Shown here one piece after another: positions 38,219-49,103 of a stretch of DNA of 64,000 nt. Source of the DNA: Candidatus Bathyarchaeum sp. (lineage in GTDB: Archaea; Thermoproteota; Bathyarchaeia; Bathyarchaeales; Bathyarchaeaceae). A program made the position numbers and the translations under genes. The stretch spans positions 1 to 64,000 of the forward strand of contig JAOZIF010000136.1 in NCBI GenBank assembly GCA_026014495.1, read 5' to 3'. Position 1 is the first letter of the stretch. Every line of letters starts with the position of its first letter. Under the pieces are notes generated by a model. The model saw only the letters and a program-made list of their open reading frames with translations, ran no database searches and was not told where the DNA came from.

Positions 38219-38479
38219 TTATTGGCTCTGCACTACTTTTTCGTAGCAGCTCCAACACAATATTTCACAGTTTTCTACTGTAAATTTTCCGCCTTTTTCG
38301 GGGCTAACAAAGTAAGTGGCTTCCCAACCGCTTCTTTCGTTTTTGTTTCCCCTGTGTTCCCATATAATTTGCTTGAAGCATGTAAAAGCTCCATGATCAT
38401 GGGTGTCTCTTTCACATTGGCAACGCATATTTGCCCTTGAAAATGCTTTCTTAACGATTTCCTCAGGAAACTGGCTCAT
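38219..38479 (-). CDS. Small HNH-like protein with degenerate catalytic residues
   Basis: CQC..., WEATY....GG..TVENCEILCWSCY is the HNH zinc-finger scaffold with its His residues replaced. Confidence 0.65.
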   Translation of the reverse strand: MSQFPEEIVKKAFSRANMRCQCERDTHDHGAFTCFKQIIWEHRGNKNERSGWEATYFVSPEKGGKFTVENCEILCWSCYEKVVQSQ

Positions 38480-38629
38480 TACAATTCCTCAACAACAGTA
38501 AGCCAATATTCAGTATATTTTTAAAGCTTACGAAAGTAAACGCAAATAAAATTGAATAAAACAACTAAAACCGTATTTGACATCTAAGCCTTTTTTGTGG
38601 AGATAATTCCAAGCACAGGTCGCAGTCGC

Positions 38630-38857
38630 TTAGGGGACAATTAATGCACGAAGAGAATTCTGCTGTTTTTGTTCTCTTTGCTGTTCAAGTTCTTCTCTCA
38701 GACTTTGAACTTCCCGTCTTAGACTAATTAATTCTAAAAGAAGAAATGTGTTACCATGCCTGAAGAATTGATTTACCTTCTCAGAAACTGTTTCTTCGTT
38801 TACGTGTCCCCTGACTTTGGATGTTATCTCTTTTGAAAGCATCTTTTTCGGGTCCAT
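38630..38857 (-). CDS. Small hypothetical coiled-coil protein
   Basis: 75-aa ORF with heptad-like LRREVQSLREELEQQ segment. Confidence 0.55.
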   Translation of the reverse strand: MDPKKMLSKEITSKVRGHVNEETVSEKVNQFFRHGNTFLLLELISLRREVQSLREELEQQREQKQQNSLRALIVP

Positions 38858-39052
38858 CTTTAATCGACACCACATTACAGTAACAAGGGATAACACTTAT
38901 GAAAACAGGATTATTACAAAGAATCCATCTTTTCCATCGTAAGCGACAATCTTCCAATTTACTGAAACATTGCCCAGAAATAACGTAATTCAACAAAAAC
39001 GGAGAAACTAATTTATTACCAATCGTATTATAGCGGTAAGAAGGAATGCAAT

Positions 39053-39427
39053 ATGACCTCAGAAAAGAGCAGCAAGATTGAAAATCCAATTATGCGGATA
39101 ATGGCAATTTTTTACATTATAGTCGGAATTGCTCAATTAGGATACTTTGCTATAGAAAGCTTTGCTGCACCACCACACATCCCAGTTCTGGGACTAATAA
39201 GTTTAATCACAGCATACAGTGTTTTCACAATGAAAAAGTGGACTTTGCCTCTTGTAGCTGGACTATTCTTTATAGGAATGACATTTGGAGCAACAACACT
39301 CGTCAACTCGCTTGCACTACAAACATTTCCAGACGCAATGCTGTTCAACATCGCTCTGATAGCATACATGATAGTGTTGTTGATAGCATCAGCTTACATA
39401 ATAAAGAGCAGAGAAAACTTCAACTAA
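39053..39427 (+). CDS. Hypothetical membrane protein (about 4 TM)
   Basis: 124-aa hydrophobic ORF filling the intergenic gap. Confidence 0.7.
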   Translation: MTSEKSSKIENPIMRIMAIFYIIVGIAQLGYFAIESFAAPPHIPVLGLISLITAYSVFTMKKWTLPLVAGLFFIGMTFGATTLVNSLALQTFPDAMLFNIALIAYMIVLLIASAYIIKSRENFN

Positions 39428-39433
39428 GAACAC

Positions 39434-40690
39434 TCAAACATTTTTTGTTTTTCTAAGCTTTCCAAACAAGTAAACATCTATCTCTGTTCCTACATCTACA
39501 AACTGCTGTTTTTCAGAGATTTCAACAAAACCGTCAGCCTTAACCAAAGTTGTTATGGCACCAGACAAGCCAGTAGGAACAGGACTCGCAATTAGCCTTC
39601 CTGAGTTATCATAACCCAAATTTACCATTGTAAATGTTCTGCGTCCTCGCGCCGGAAACATCTTCTGGGCAGCCACTGCCTTAAGCGTGTGCAACTCTTC
39701 TTCTGGTCTTCCAGCAAGCTTAACAATTACAGGACGAACGAACACGTTAAACATGAAGAGTGATGACGTTGGGTTACCTGGCATGGAAAAGACAGGTTTT
39801 TCGTTAACTACTGCAATTGTGATTGGTTTCCCAGGCTTCACAGCTACTCCAGATATGATTACTCCCGGTTTACCTAAACTATCTACAACTTGAGGCGTAA
39901 AGTCCTTTGGACCAACTGAAACTCCGCCCGAAGTTATCACAGCATCCGCCAAAGACAAAGCTTTCTTGAGCGCGTCTGTCAATTCCTCTTTATTGTCTGG
40001 GATAATTCCCAAGTTAATCGGCTCTCCTCCAGCTTCAGTAACCGCAGCACTCAATGTATGAGCATTTATATCATAGATTTTTCCTGCAGGAAGCGGTTCT
40101 CCGGGTGCCACAACCTCCGCGCCTGTGGATAAAACAGCCACTTTGGGGCGCTTGTAAACAGTAACTTCAGTTAAGCCAATTGCAGCCAGAACCCCAATTT
40201 CACGAGAACTCAGAAAACGACCCACTTTTAGAACAGTCTCGTTTTTGCTAATGTCTGAGCCTGCAGCCATAATGTTCTCACCTATCGTAACTGGGCGGTG
40301 CACAAAAACGGAATATTCTCTGGGTGTTGTATATTCAACCATTACTACTGCATCTGCGCCTTCAGGTAGGGGCGCGCCAGTCACTATCTCAGCAATTAAC
40401 CCCTTTTTTACAACCACATTTGGGGCTTCGCCTATCGCAACATGACCACAAAATTTTAGGGTAACCGGTTTGTCTTCACTTGCGTCGAACGTGTCAGCAG
40501 CTTTTACTGCATAACCGTCAACAATTGACCGAGTGAACGAAGGGATGTCTGCTGGTGACGTAACGTTCTGGGCTAGCACTCGCTCATGAGCTCCTGAGAG
40601 AGAAACTTGTTCGACTCCAATAGGCTTAGCAGAAAAGCTCTGTTCAAGAAGTTGTTTTGCCTCATCAAAAGAAAGAAGTTTTCGGAACAT
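39434..40690 (-). CDS. moeA: Molybdopterin molybdenumtransferase MoeA (second copy)
   Basis: VDGYAVKA, TGAPLPEGADAVVMVE, STGAEV, SGGVSVGPKD, KPGKP, PGNP. Confidence 0.93.
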   Translation of the reverse strand: MFRKLLSFDEAKQLLEQSFSAKPIGVEQVSLSGAHERVLAQNVTSPADIPSFTRSIVDGYAVKAADTFDASEDKPVTLKFCGHVAIGEAPNVVVKKGLIAEIVTGAPLPEGADAVVMVEYTTPREYSVFVHRPVTIGENIMAAGSDISKNETVLKVGRFLSSREIGVLAAIGLTEVTVYKRPKVAVLSTGAEVVAPGEPLPAGKIYDINAHTLSAAVTEAGGEPINLGIIPDNKEELTDALKKALSLADAVITSGGVSVGPKDFTPQVVDSLGKPGVIISGVAVKPGKPITIAVVNEKPVFSMPGNPTSSLFMFNVFVRPVIVKLAGRPEEELHTLKAVAAQKMFPARGRRTFTMVNLGYDNSGRLIASPVPTGLSGAITTLVKADGFVEISEKQQFVDVGTEIDVYLFGKLRKTKNV

Positions 40691-40691
40691 A

Positions 40692-41921
40692 CTACTCCCT
40701 CACTATGCTTGAAAAAAGTTGCACCCTAACAGCTTCTCCCTCGTCTATGCCTTCACGGTTTTCAGGAATAATCACATACCCGTTTGCCTTTGTCATAGTT
40801 GTTAGCACACCCGACCCAGTTACTCTGACTGGTTCAGCAAAAAAGCTGTCACTTCTCTCAAACACGTGAACACGCAAAAAGACTCTTCGTCCCAGAGCCC
40901 CTGCAACTCTTCGTGTAAGTTTCGCCTCCACTGCTGGTCTAGTCTCATTTACTCCCAGCAACCTAAGCAATGTAGGTCGAGTGAACGCCTCAAAGCCTAC
41001 AGTTGCTGCCACAGGGTTTCCAGACAACACAAAAACGGGTTTGCCTTTAAGAATCGCCAAACCTGTTGGCATTCCAGGTCTTATGGCAACGCCATGCACA
41101 ATTACCCCCGGCTTGCCTATCTTGTTAACTGCCAAAGGAACCAAGTCTGGGTATCCAACGCTTGTTCCTCCAGTTGTAATAACCACATCTGCTTGCTCTA
41201 ACCCTTCCTCAATTTTAGACACTATCTCCTCCAGATTGTCTTTGACTAACCCCAAATTCAGCGGCTCGGCGCCCAATTCCATGCACAGGCTAGAAAAAAC
41301 TAGCCGATTAGTCTCCACAATCTTGCCATGCTCAAGCTTGTTTCCCAACTCCACAAGTTCGCTTCCAGTTGCTAAGATGGCAACTTTAGGTTTTTTGACA
41401 ACAGACACGTTGGTTTCGCCCAGCGCCGCCAATAACCCTAAATGGTGAGGATTTAGTCGGGTACTAGCAAGTATGGCTACATTTCCTTTTGTTACGTCTT
41501 CTCCCCTTTTGGCTACGTTTCTGCCTGGAGTAACTGAAGCTGCCAACTCAATCTTGCCCTCAGACTTCTTGGTGTACTCAAGCATAACCACTGCATCCGC
41601 GCCCTCGGGAACTGGGTTTCCAGTCCACAGCTCTTTTGCCTCATTTTCGTTGACTTTATCTTTTGTTAGCTTGAAACTTTTAGTTTTAAATGCAGAAACT
41701 CCGAAAGTGTCCTTTGCTCGCAGGGCATAGCCGTCTACTGCGGAGCGGTCAAAACGTGGCAAGTCATCCTTGGCTCGAACGTCCTCTGCAGTAACTCGAC
41801 CTAGTGTCTCGTGAATTGGAATTCGTTCAGAACCTAGCTGTTTTGGATTAAGTTGCCCCAAAAACGATTGAAGAGCATCATCCACGTTTGTAAGTTTTTC
41901 AAAGCCTTTAAGCCGAACCAA
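40692..41921 (-). CDS. moeA: Molybdopterin molybdenumtransferase MoeA (first copy)
   Basis: FDRSAVDGYA, TGNPVPEGADAVVMLE, TGSEL, TGGTSVG..D, RPGMP, SGNP. Confidence 0.93.
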   Translation of the reverse strand: MVRLKGFEKLTNVDDALQSFLGQLNPKQLGSERIPIHETLGRVTAEDVRAKDDLPRFDRSAVDGYALRAKDTFGVSAFKTKSFKLTKDKVNENEAKELWTGNPVPEGADAVVMLEYTKKSEGKIELAASVTPGRNVAKRGEDVTKGNVAILASTRLNPHHLGLLAALGETNVSVVKKPKVAILATGSELVELGNKLEHGKIVETNRLVFSSLCMELGAEPLNLGLVKDNLEEIVSKIEEGLEQADVVITTGGTSVGYPDLVPLAVNKIGKPGVIVHGVAIRPGMPTGLAILKGKPVFVLSGNPVAATVGFEAFTRPTLLRLLGVNETRPAVEAKLTRRVAGALGRRVFLRVHVFERSDSFFAEPVRVTGSGVLTTMTKANGYVIIPENREGIDEGEAVRVQLFSSIVRE

Positions 41922-42118
41922 AGATAAGCCCTCTCAGTAAAGAGCAAGAAAGTAGGCGTAAAAAACTTATCGCAAAACGCTGCATAAACAATTAATATTG
42001 CTGCCAACACAGCTGATTTATCTGTGGTTTATTGAAAAAAGCGATACATCTGAAGGAAAACTTAAATAAACTGCAACTTACTTCGGTAGTTAGCCTAAAA
42101 GAGACGTGAATATTCAAG

Positions 42119-42583
42119 ATGTCTAGAGAATTTCAGCACATCATAAGATTTGCCGGAGCCGATATTGAAGGGACACAACCGGTAACTTACGCCCTGACAA
42201 ACATAAAGGGAGTAGGAATAAAACTAGCAAACGCAATTATAGAGAAAACTGGAATCAGCCCAGAAACAAGAATGGGTTTCCTTTCTAGTGCTGATATAGA
42301 AAAAATTGAAGATGCCATCACAAACCCAGTAAAGCATGGTATACCTGTGTGGCTTCTAAATCGCCGAAAAGATCTAGACACCGGACAAGACATTCATCTC
42401 TTAGGCACAGACCTAATTGTTCAAACTAAGAACGATATCGAGCAGATGAAAAAGATACGCTCATGGAAAGGCTTCCGTCACAGTTATGGATTAAAGGTTC
42501 GAGGCCAAAGAACCAAATCTACGGGTAGAGAAGGAAAAGCTATGGGTGTAAAGAGGAAACAGGTCCAGCGAGGAGGCAAATAA
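42119..42583 (+). CDS. rps13: 30S ribosomal protein S13
   Basis: IKGVG, SWKG.RH..GLKVRGQRTKSTGR. Confidence 0.97.
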   Translation: MSREFQHIIRFAGADIEGTQPVTYALTNIKGVGIKLANAIIEKTGISPETRMGFLSSADIEKIEDAITNPVKHGIPVWLLNRRKDLDTGQDIHLLGTDLIVQTKNDIEQMKKIRSWKGFRHSYGLKVRGQRTKSTGREGKAMGVKRKQVQRGGK

Positions 42584-42586
42584 TAG

Positions 42587-43153
42587 ATGGGAGATCCAAA
42601 ACGACAAAGAAAAAAGTTTGATACACCAAGATTCCCTTGGCAAATGGACACACTGGACGCTGAACTAAAACTGCTTGGTCAATATGGTTTACGAAATAAA
42701 CGAGAAATCTGGCGCCACAAAACTTTGCTCTCAAAGTACCGTGGCATTGGACGTTCACTATTGGGCATGTCTGTTGAAGAAAGAAGCGAGCAAGAAAAAC
42801 AGCTTCTAAACAGGCTTAACAGGCTGGGAATCCTGTCTGAAGAAGCTGCACTGGATGACGTTTTGGACCTGACACTGGGAGACATACTTGAACGTAGACT
42901 TCAAACTCTTGTTTTCCAGAGAGGCTTATCACAATCAATACAGCAAGCTCGTCAACTCATTGCCCATGGACACATCGCCATTGATGGACGAAGAGTTTCA
43001 TCTCCAAGCTATTTAGTGCTCAGAGATGAAGAGGAAAAGCTGTCTTATTCACCTAAAAGCCCTCTAACAGACCCTGACCATCCATTAACTAAAGCCGCAA
43101 GCATCCCAGCTGAGCCAGTATCAGAAAGTAACGAGGAGAATAGCCATGAGTAA
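42587..43153 (+). CDS. rps4: 30S ribosomal protein S4
   Basis: [43 protein letters not shown]. Confidence 0.97.
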   Translation: MGDPKRQRKKFDTPRFPWQMDTLDAELKLLGQYGLRNKREIWRHKTLLSKYRGIGRSLLGMSVEERSEQEKQLLNRLNRLGILSEEAALDDVLDLTLGDILERRLQTLVFQRGLSQSIQQARQLIAHGHIAIDGRRVSSPSYLVLRDEEEKLSYSPKSPLTDPDHPLTKAASIPAEPVSESNEENSHE

Positions 43154-43541
43154 GAAGACTGACAAATGGGCAGTTGTTCACGTTTTCAGTTCATACAACA
43201 ACACAATAATTCATTTCACAGACATCTCAGGCGCAGAAACCATTGCGCGTTCTTCAGGTGGAATGCACGTTAAATCGGACAGACTAGAATCTTCTGCATA
43301 CGCTACTATGCGAGCCGCAGCACACGCAGCCACAGTCGCTAAAGACAAGGGAATAACCGCTATACACATTAAAGTTCGTGCTCCAGGAGGCTCAGGTGCC
43401 AGAACGCCCGGAGCAGGAGCTCAAGCTGCTATACGTGCCTTGGCAAGGGCTGGATTTCGTGTAGGCCGAATTGAAGAAGTAACTCCTATACCTCATGATG
43501 GAACCCGAAGAAAGGGTGGACGTAGAGGCCGTCGAGTCTAG
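43146..43541 (+). CDS. rps11: 30S ribosomal protein S11
   Basis: [34 protein letters not shown]. Confidence 0.97.
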   Translation: MSKKTDKWAVVHVFSSYNNTIIHFTDISGAETIARSSGGMHVKSDRLESSAYATMRAAAHAATVAKDKGITAIHIKVRAPGGSGARTPGAGAQAAIRALARAGFRVGRIEEVTPIPHDGTRRKGGRRGRRV

Positions 43542-43704
43542 ACTTCTTTTATCACCAATGATGTGAAACAGAGGAAAAAGCCGAAGAGACTAATGAATCG
43601 GTTTTCCCTTGTAACCAAAATATTGAAATAACCCCTTTCGCTCTCTTTGAAAAGCACGAGCTTTAAACGCGTTAATTACAAAGAGGCTTAATTGAGGCTT
43701 AACT

Positions 43705-44520
43705 GTGGTAGAGATTCAAATCCTTGAAAAAAGCGATGACTTCATGCGATTCATTGTTAGCGGAGTCAATGTGCCGTTTGTAAACGCGTTACGACGAATC
43801 ATGCTCACAGAAGTCCCTGCAATGGCTATAGACGAAATTGTTGTCCTAGAAAACTCTTCAATTCTTAACGATGAAATTCTTGCCCACCGAATTGGTTTCA
43901 TCCCACTCAAAACAGACTTAGATTCTTACAGTCTTCCAGAAGAGTGTAAATGCGAAAGCGAGTTCGGATGCAACCTTTGTCGATCAAATTTAACACTTGA
44001 AGCTGAAGCAGTAGATAAAATTACGACAGTTTATTCAGGGGATATGAAGCCAGAGAACCCTGACATAGTTCCAGTCAGCGACAAGATTCCGATAGTGAAG
44101 TTGGCTTCAGATCAACGAATAAAAATGGAAGCCTATGCTCGACTGGGAAAGGGAAAGAAGCATGCGAAATGGCAGCCAGTGTCAATGTGTAACTACATGT
44201 ATCTGCCAAAAATCAAGGTTGATGTTGACAGTTGTGATGCCTGCGGCAAATGCGTTAAAGTGTGCCCTGAAGAGTGTCTCATAAAAACTGATTCAGGGAT
44301 AAAAACTCAGAACGAGCTTGAATGTACGCTTTGCATGGACTGTGTAGATGCCTGTCCAAAAGAGCCGTTAGCCGTTGAAGTGACTTGGGACAAGAACGCT
44401 TTCATTTTCAAAATCGAGTCAACTGGAGCGCTTCCAGTGGAACGAATTGTTGTTGAAGCAATCAAGATTCTTGACAAAAAAGTTAAGGAATTTTCCGATC
44501 AACTGAAAAAGGGTAAGTAG
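43705..44520 (+). CDS. rpoD: RNA polymerase subunit D (Rpo3) with ferredoxin-like Fe-S domain
   Basis: NALRR..L.EVP.MAIDE, EILAHRIG.IPL, HAKWQP; CDACGKCVKVCP and CTLCMDCVDACP. Confidence 0.96.
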   Translation: MVEIQILEKSDDFMRFIVSGVNVPFVNALRRIMLTEVPAMAIDEIVVLENSSILNDEILAHRIGFIPLKTDLDSYSLPEECKCESEFGCNLCRSNLTLEAEAVDKITTVYSGDMKPENPDIVPVSDKIPIVKLASDQRIKMEAYARLGKGKKHAKWQPVSMCNYMYLPKIKVDVDSCDACGKCVKVCPEECLIKTDSGIKTQNELECTLCMDCVDACPKEPLAVEVTWDKNAFIFKIESTGALPVERIVVEAIKILDKKVKEFSDQLKKGK

Positions 44521-44522
44521 AA

Positions 44523-44885
44523 GTGAAGAAAATAAAGGCAACTAATCCGGAAATTATTGCTCTCATCCGAGATTTGAAGAAACAATCACAGGAAAGCCAA
44601 GCTGCATTATGGCAAAGTTTAGCTGATAGTTTGGCTAGTTCACAAAGAAGCCGTATAGCCGTAAACGTAAGCCGCTTGAATCGTTATACGAAAGATGGAG
44701 AAACAGTTGTTGTTCCGGGCAAAGTTCTAGGCTCCGGAAAGGTTGTTCATCCCTTGACTGTAGCTGCATTCTCATTTTCTGATGTGGCTAAATCAAAGAT
44801 TCTGAAAGGTAAGGGAACCTGTTTGTCTATCAGAGATCTGATGAAAAAGAACCCGACAGGCAAAAACGTGAAAATTATGGGGTAA
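44523..44885 (+). CDS. rpl18e: 50S ribosomal protein L18e
   Basis: TNPE...LI..L, VNVSRLNRY, VVVPGKVLGSG. Confidence 0.96.
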   Translation: MKKIKATNPEIIALIRDLKKQSQESQAALWQSLADSLASSQRSRIAVNVSRLNRYTKDGETVVVPGKVLGSGKVVHPLTVAAFSFSDVAKSKILKGKGTCLSIRDLMKKNPTGKNVKIMG

Positions 44886-44891
44886 ACTGTA

Positions 44892-45335
44892 ATGTCTTTT
44901 GATACAGCTACAATTATAGATGCTAATGGATTGATTCTTGGGCGATTGGCCAGTAGTGTAGCCAAGCGTCTTCTTCAAGGCGAGACTGTTATAGTGTTGA
45001 ATGCTGAAAAAGCAGCTATTTCAGGCAAGAGGCTGCACATAATTAGTGATGCTAAAGCTTTTCTTGATGTTGGGCATCCAAGAAAAGGGCCATTCCATCA
45101 GAGAAGACCTGACAGAATAGTTCGTAGAACCATTCGGGGTATGCTTCCTCGACAAAAACCGAAAGGTGTGGCGGCATTCAAAAGATTGAGGGTCTATCTT
45201 GGTGTTCCGTTGGAAGTTGAAGGAAAAGAAATTCAGACAATTCCCGAAGCCAGCGCGGATAAATTAAAATCACCTTATATAACTGTGGGCGAATTGGCTA
45301 AAGAAGTCGGCGGATGGACCCCAGAGGTTGAGTAG
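44892..45335 (+). CDS. rpl13: 50S ribosomal protein L13
   Basis: IDA...[23 protein letters not shown]. Confidence 0.96.
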   Translation: MSFDTATIIDANGLILGRLASSVAKRLLQGETVIVLNAEKAAISGKRLHIISDAKAFLDVGHPRKGPFHQRRPDRIVRRTIRGMLPRQKPKGVAAFKRLRVYLGVPLEVEGKEIQTIPEASADKLKSPYITVGELAKEVGGWTPEVE

Positions 45336-45336
45336 C

Positions 45337-45750
45337 ATGTCAAAAACAAAGAAAGTTATGGTACTAAGTGGGAAGCGGAAAACCGCGATAGCAAGAGCAA
45401 CAGTCAGACTTGGGAAAGGAAGAGTTCGAATAAACAATGTTCCATTAGAGGTTTTTGAACCTAAAATCGCTCGGGACAAAATTTTAGAACCCCTACTACT
45501 CACAGAAGACAAAGTTTGGAGTCAACTTGACATCAACGTCAGTGTTGCTGGAGGAGGCTTCATGGGGCAAGCTGAAGCCGCGCGTATGGCAATAGCTAAA
45601 GGTCTACTAAAATGGACAAAGAGCACCCGACTTCGCACGACACTTAGAGATTATGATCGAACAATGATTGCTGGCGATCCTAGAAGAAGTGAGTCCAAAA
45701 AGTTTGGAGGACCTGGGGCTAGGGCTAGGGATCAGAAAAGCTACCGGTAA
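45337..45750 (+). CDS. rps9: 30S ribosomal protein S9
   Basis: [45 protein letters not shown]. Confidence 0.97.
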   Translation: MSKTKKVMVLSGKRKTAIARATVRLGKGRVRINNVPLEVFEPKIARDKILEPLLLTEDKVWSQLDINVSVAGGGFMGQAEAARMAIAKGLLKWTKSTRLRTTLRDYDRTMIAGDPRRSESKKFGGPGARARDQKSYR

Positions 45751-45883
45751 GCATCCAAAGGGGCGTGTTGGTGGCTAAAGGCGTCAATGTGGTCTAAATG
45801 TATTGACGCCGAAATGTATAAGTAGGAATTGAATGTTCGAAACAACCTGAATGTCATAATTATGTATAGGAGGTCGAGTTGAA

Positions 45884-46111
45884 ATTATCATCCCAGTTCG
45901 TTGTTTTACATGCGGCAAGTTGATAGCCGATAAATGGGAAGACTTCAACAGTAGAGTAAATGCTGGAGAAGACCCAAAAAAGGTTCTTGATAGTTTAGGA
46001 ATAACAAGGTATTGTTGTCGCCGAATGATTCTGGCGCACATTGAGATTTCTGATAGTATCCTCAGATTTTATGAGGAAAAAGGGAAACTAAACAGCCCTC
46101 AACCATTTTAG
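45884..46111 (+). CDS. rpoN: RNA polymerase subunit N (Rpo10); ATT start
   Basis: (M)[11 protein letters not shown]...RYCCRRM. The only in-frame start candidate before the conserved IIPVRC is ATT 45884, 9 nt after GGAGGT; in-frame TAA at 45857. Confidence 0.95.
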   Translation: MIIPVRCFTCGKLIADKWEDFNSRVNAGEDPKKVLDSLGITRYCCRRMILAHIEISDSILRFYEEKGKLNSPQPF

Positions 46112-46123
46112 TGGTGAACAAGA

Positions 46124-47368
46124 ATGTCGTCTGTCATAGAAGATGTTATGGCGCGGAAACTTTTCAACAGCAGAGGACACGAAACCATAGAAGTTGACAT
46201 CATAACAGCTGATGGGTTTGGAAGAGCTGCTGCTCCCGCTGGAGCCAGTACAGGTAAAGCTGAGGTGGTTTCTTATCCTAAAGGTGGAGTTGACGCGGCT
46301 ATAGCAAAGTTGGAAGAGCTTATTGCACCTGAACTTGTTGGAATGGATGCTGAAGAACAAAACGATATTGATGCTCTTCTTCATGAAATTGATGAAACAG
46401 AAAACTTCAGTAACATTGGAGGAAACACAGTTTTTGCTATCTCTGTGGCTAATGCAGAAGCAGCTGCAACCTCTTATGATTTGCCGCTGTTTCAGTATTT
46501 AGCTGGGTATGGTGGAAATGAGCTTCCGTATCCTCTTGGAAACGTGTTGGGTGGAGGAAAACATGCTCTTGGAAAGACAACTGATATTCAAGAGTATCTA
46601 GTTATCCCGTTTAAGGCACGATGTTTCTCAGAGGCTGCTGCAGCAAACATTCTGGTCCACAACAAGATTGGCGCTTCCCTTAGAAAAGCTGACCCCAACT
46701 TTACGGGTGGACGAGGAGATGAAGGAGCTTGGGCGCCTAACATCGAAAATGAGGAAGCTTTGAAGATAGTTGCCAAGGCTTGTGAAGATGTTTCATCTGA
46801 GATGAATGTCGAATGCAGACCTTGTCTTGATGTTGCGGCTTCTAGTTTTTATGACCCAAAAAAGGGCGTTTACGTTTATTCGATGGAAGGAAAAAAGCGA
46901 GACTCTGGTGAACAACTAGAGTTCATGTTGCGCTTAATTGAAGAGTATAACTTGGCTTATGTTGAAGACCCCTTCGATGAGGATGACTACGAAAGCTTTG
47001 CCGAACTTACAAAGAAAGTTAACAATTGCCTAATTTGTGGCGATGACTTGTTTGTCACAAATTCCCAGAGGCTAACTAAGGGAATTGAAATGTGCGCTGG
47101 AAATTCTCTTATAGTAAAAACTAATCAAGTTGGCACACTCACAGACGCTTGGGAAACAACACGGTTGGCGAAAAGGGCTGGATATGTTCCAGTCATGTCA
47201 CATCGTTCTGGAGAAACAACTGATACACATATAGCTCACTTAGCAGTTGGTTTCAATTGTCCAGTCATTAAGACTGGCGTGTTACATGGAGAACGAGTAG
47301 CTAAAATAAATGAGCTAATCCGAATAGAGGAAACCCTCGGAAATAGAGCACAAATGTCAAGATTATAG
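46124..47368 (+). CDS. eno: Enolase
   Basis: NSRG..T.EV, PAGASTG..E, GDEGA, EDPFDEDD, GDDLFVTN, SHRSGET. Confidence 0.96.
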   Translation: MSSVIEDVMARKLFNSRGHETIEVDIITADGFGRAAAPAGASTGKAEVVSYPKGGVDAAIAKLEELIAPELVGMDAEEQNDIDALLHEIDETENFSNIGGNTVFAISVANAEAAATSYDLPLFQYLAGYGGNELPYPLGNVLGGGKHALGKTTDIQEYLVIPFKARCFSEAAAANILVHNKIGASLRKADPNFTGGRGDEGAWAPNIENEEALKIVAKACEDVSSEMNVECRPCLDVAASSFYDPKKGVYVYSMEGKKRDSGEQLEFMLRLIEEYNLAYVEDPFDEDDYESFAELTKKVNNCLICGDDLFVTNSQRLTKGIEMCAGNSLIVKTNQVGTLTDAWETTRLAKRAGYVPVMSHRSGETTDTHIAHLAVGFNCPVIKTGVLHGERVAKINELIRIEETLGNRAQMSRL

Positions 47369-48046
47369 TTGGAGGAAAAAAAGTTGTCTGAAAGTGAAGA
47401 AAATATGGAAACATACAGTGAAGAAGAACTCCTGTTACCTCAGGATACCCTATTATCCGCAGGTGTTCACATAGGAACAAGAATGAGAACAAAAGATATG
47501 GATGCATTCATATATCGAGTTAGAGCCGACGGCTTGTTCGTTTTGGATGTTAAAAAAACTGACGAACGCATACGAATAGCTGCAAAGTTTCTGGCCCGAT
47601 TTGAACCCTCAAAGATAGTTGCTGTAGCAGGCAGATTGTATGGGCAGTCTCCTGTAGAGAAATTCTGCCAAGTAATTGGAGCAACCCCGATAGTTGGAAG
47701 GTTCATTCCTGGAATGCTTTCAAACCCGCTCTACCCAAAGCGTCTTGAGCCTAGCGTGATAATAGTGTCTGACCCCAAAGCTGATGTGCAAGCAGTAAAA
47801 GAAGCTGCTAACATAGGCGTTCCAGTCATAGCACTATGCAGCACTGACAACGACTTCTCCTTTGTAGATTTGGTTATACCAACAAACAACAAGGGAAGAC
47901 GTGCATTAGCAGTTATCTATTGGCTTCTAGCTAGACAGATACTACGCGAAAGAGGCGAAATCCCCGCAGACGGCGACCTAAGTCAGACAATCGAAGACTT
48001 CGAAATTAAACTGACAAGGGACCGAGGGGAAGTAGAAGAGGATTGA
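47369..48046 (+). CDS. rps2: 30S ribosomal protein S2
   Basis: [14 protein letters not shown]...[22 protein letters not shown]. Confidence 0.96.
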   Translation: MEEKKLSESEENMETYSEEELLLPQDTLLSAGVHIGTRMRTKDMDAFIYRVRADGLFVLDVKKTDERIRIAAKFLARFEPSKIVAVAGRLYGQSPVEKFCQVIGATPIVGRFIPGMLSNPLYPKRLEPSVIIVSDPKADVQAVKEAANIGVPVIALCSTDNDFSFVDLVIPTNNKGRRALAVIYWLLARQILRERGEIPADGDLSQTIEDFEIKLTRDRGEVEED

Positions 48047-48897
48047 AACTTCGGTATCCAGCAGTAGCAGATTCATGGTACTCTGGTACCCCCAACGGTT
48101 TACGTGAGCAGATAGAAGAACTTTTTACGCATAAGCATGGACCAGGAAGCCTTCCCAAAGTCGTAATGGATGGTCCGCGGAGCCTTGTTGGACTTGTTGT
48201 TCCCCATGCAGGATACATGGCTTCGGGTCCAGTAGCTGCACATGCGTATCAGTATCTTGCAGCTGATGGAAAACCTGATGTTATAGTGATTTTTGGCCCA
48301 AATCATACTGGGCATGGAAGTGCGCTTTCGATTATGAATGAAGGCGCATGGCGAACTCCCCTAGGAGACGTGAGAGTTGATGAAAAAACAGCTGACGATA
48401 TTTTGCAAGCGTCAAGAATTATTGACGTCGATGATAAGGCACATGTTTACGAGCATTCTATTGAGCTTCAGTTGCCCTTTCTTCAGTATTTGTATGGTTC
48501 AGATTTCACGTTTGTTCCAGTCTGTTTTATGATGCAGGATTTGCAGTCCAGCCGAGAAGTAGGAAAAGCTGTTGCAAAAGCCTTGAACGGTAAGAATGGT
48601 TTGGTTATTGCTTCTTCTGATATGACTCATTATGAGCCACAGGAAAGAGCAGAAAAAAAAGACAAACTGGCGCTAGATTCTGCTCTACAGCTGAATGAAG
48701 AACAATATTATCACAATGTGGAAGTTTATGGGATATCAACTTGCGGTTATGGTCCTGTTATTGCTGCTATTGTTGCTGCAAAAGAACTGGGTGCCAAAAA
48801 GGCGGAGTTACTCTGCTACAAAACAAGTGGCGACGTATTAGGTGACCGTTCTGCAGTAGTAGGTTATGCATCAATGGCATTCGTTAAAGGCAGTTGA
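48043..48897 (+). CDS. MEMO1-family protein (AmmeMemoRadiSam protein B)
   Basis: RYPAVA..WY, VPHAGY.ASG, GPNHTG, EHSIE.QLPFLQ, ASSD.THY, CG.GP. Confidence 0.93.
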   Translation: MKLRYPAVADSWYSGTPNGLREQIEELFTHKHGPGSLPKVVMDGPRSLVGLVVPHAGYMASGPVAAHAYQYLAADGKPDVIVIFGPNHTGHGSALSIMNEGAWRTPLGDVRVDEKTADDILQASRIIDVDDKAHVYEHSIELQLPFLQYLYGSDFTFVPVCFMMQDLQSSREVGKAVAKALNGKNGLVIASSDMTHYEPQERAEKKDKLALDSALQLNEEQYYHNVEVYGISTCGYGPVIAAIVAAKELGAKKAELLCYKTSGDVLGDRSAVVGYASMAFVKGS

Positions 48898-49103
48898 TTT
48901 GAAGACTTATTTTGTCTTGATGCTGGTAACGTATTGCGTTGTGTCTCGTTGTTTTGTGTGTGCTGTATGCTTGTGGTTAGTTTTACCAATGAACACACGC
49001 GTTCAAATAAAACGCTGCTTTTAGAAAATACATTCATTAAAAAGTAATGTTTATATATAATTATATAGTATTATCTAAATTAACTGAACAGGTGTGAGTG
49101 AGT

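Noticed and set aside
43557-43630. Possible C/D-box sRNA in the rps11-rpoD gap (ATGATGT ... CCGA ... TTGA)
   Set aside because: No canonical CTGA D box and an imperfect C box; no target could be checked.
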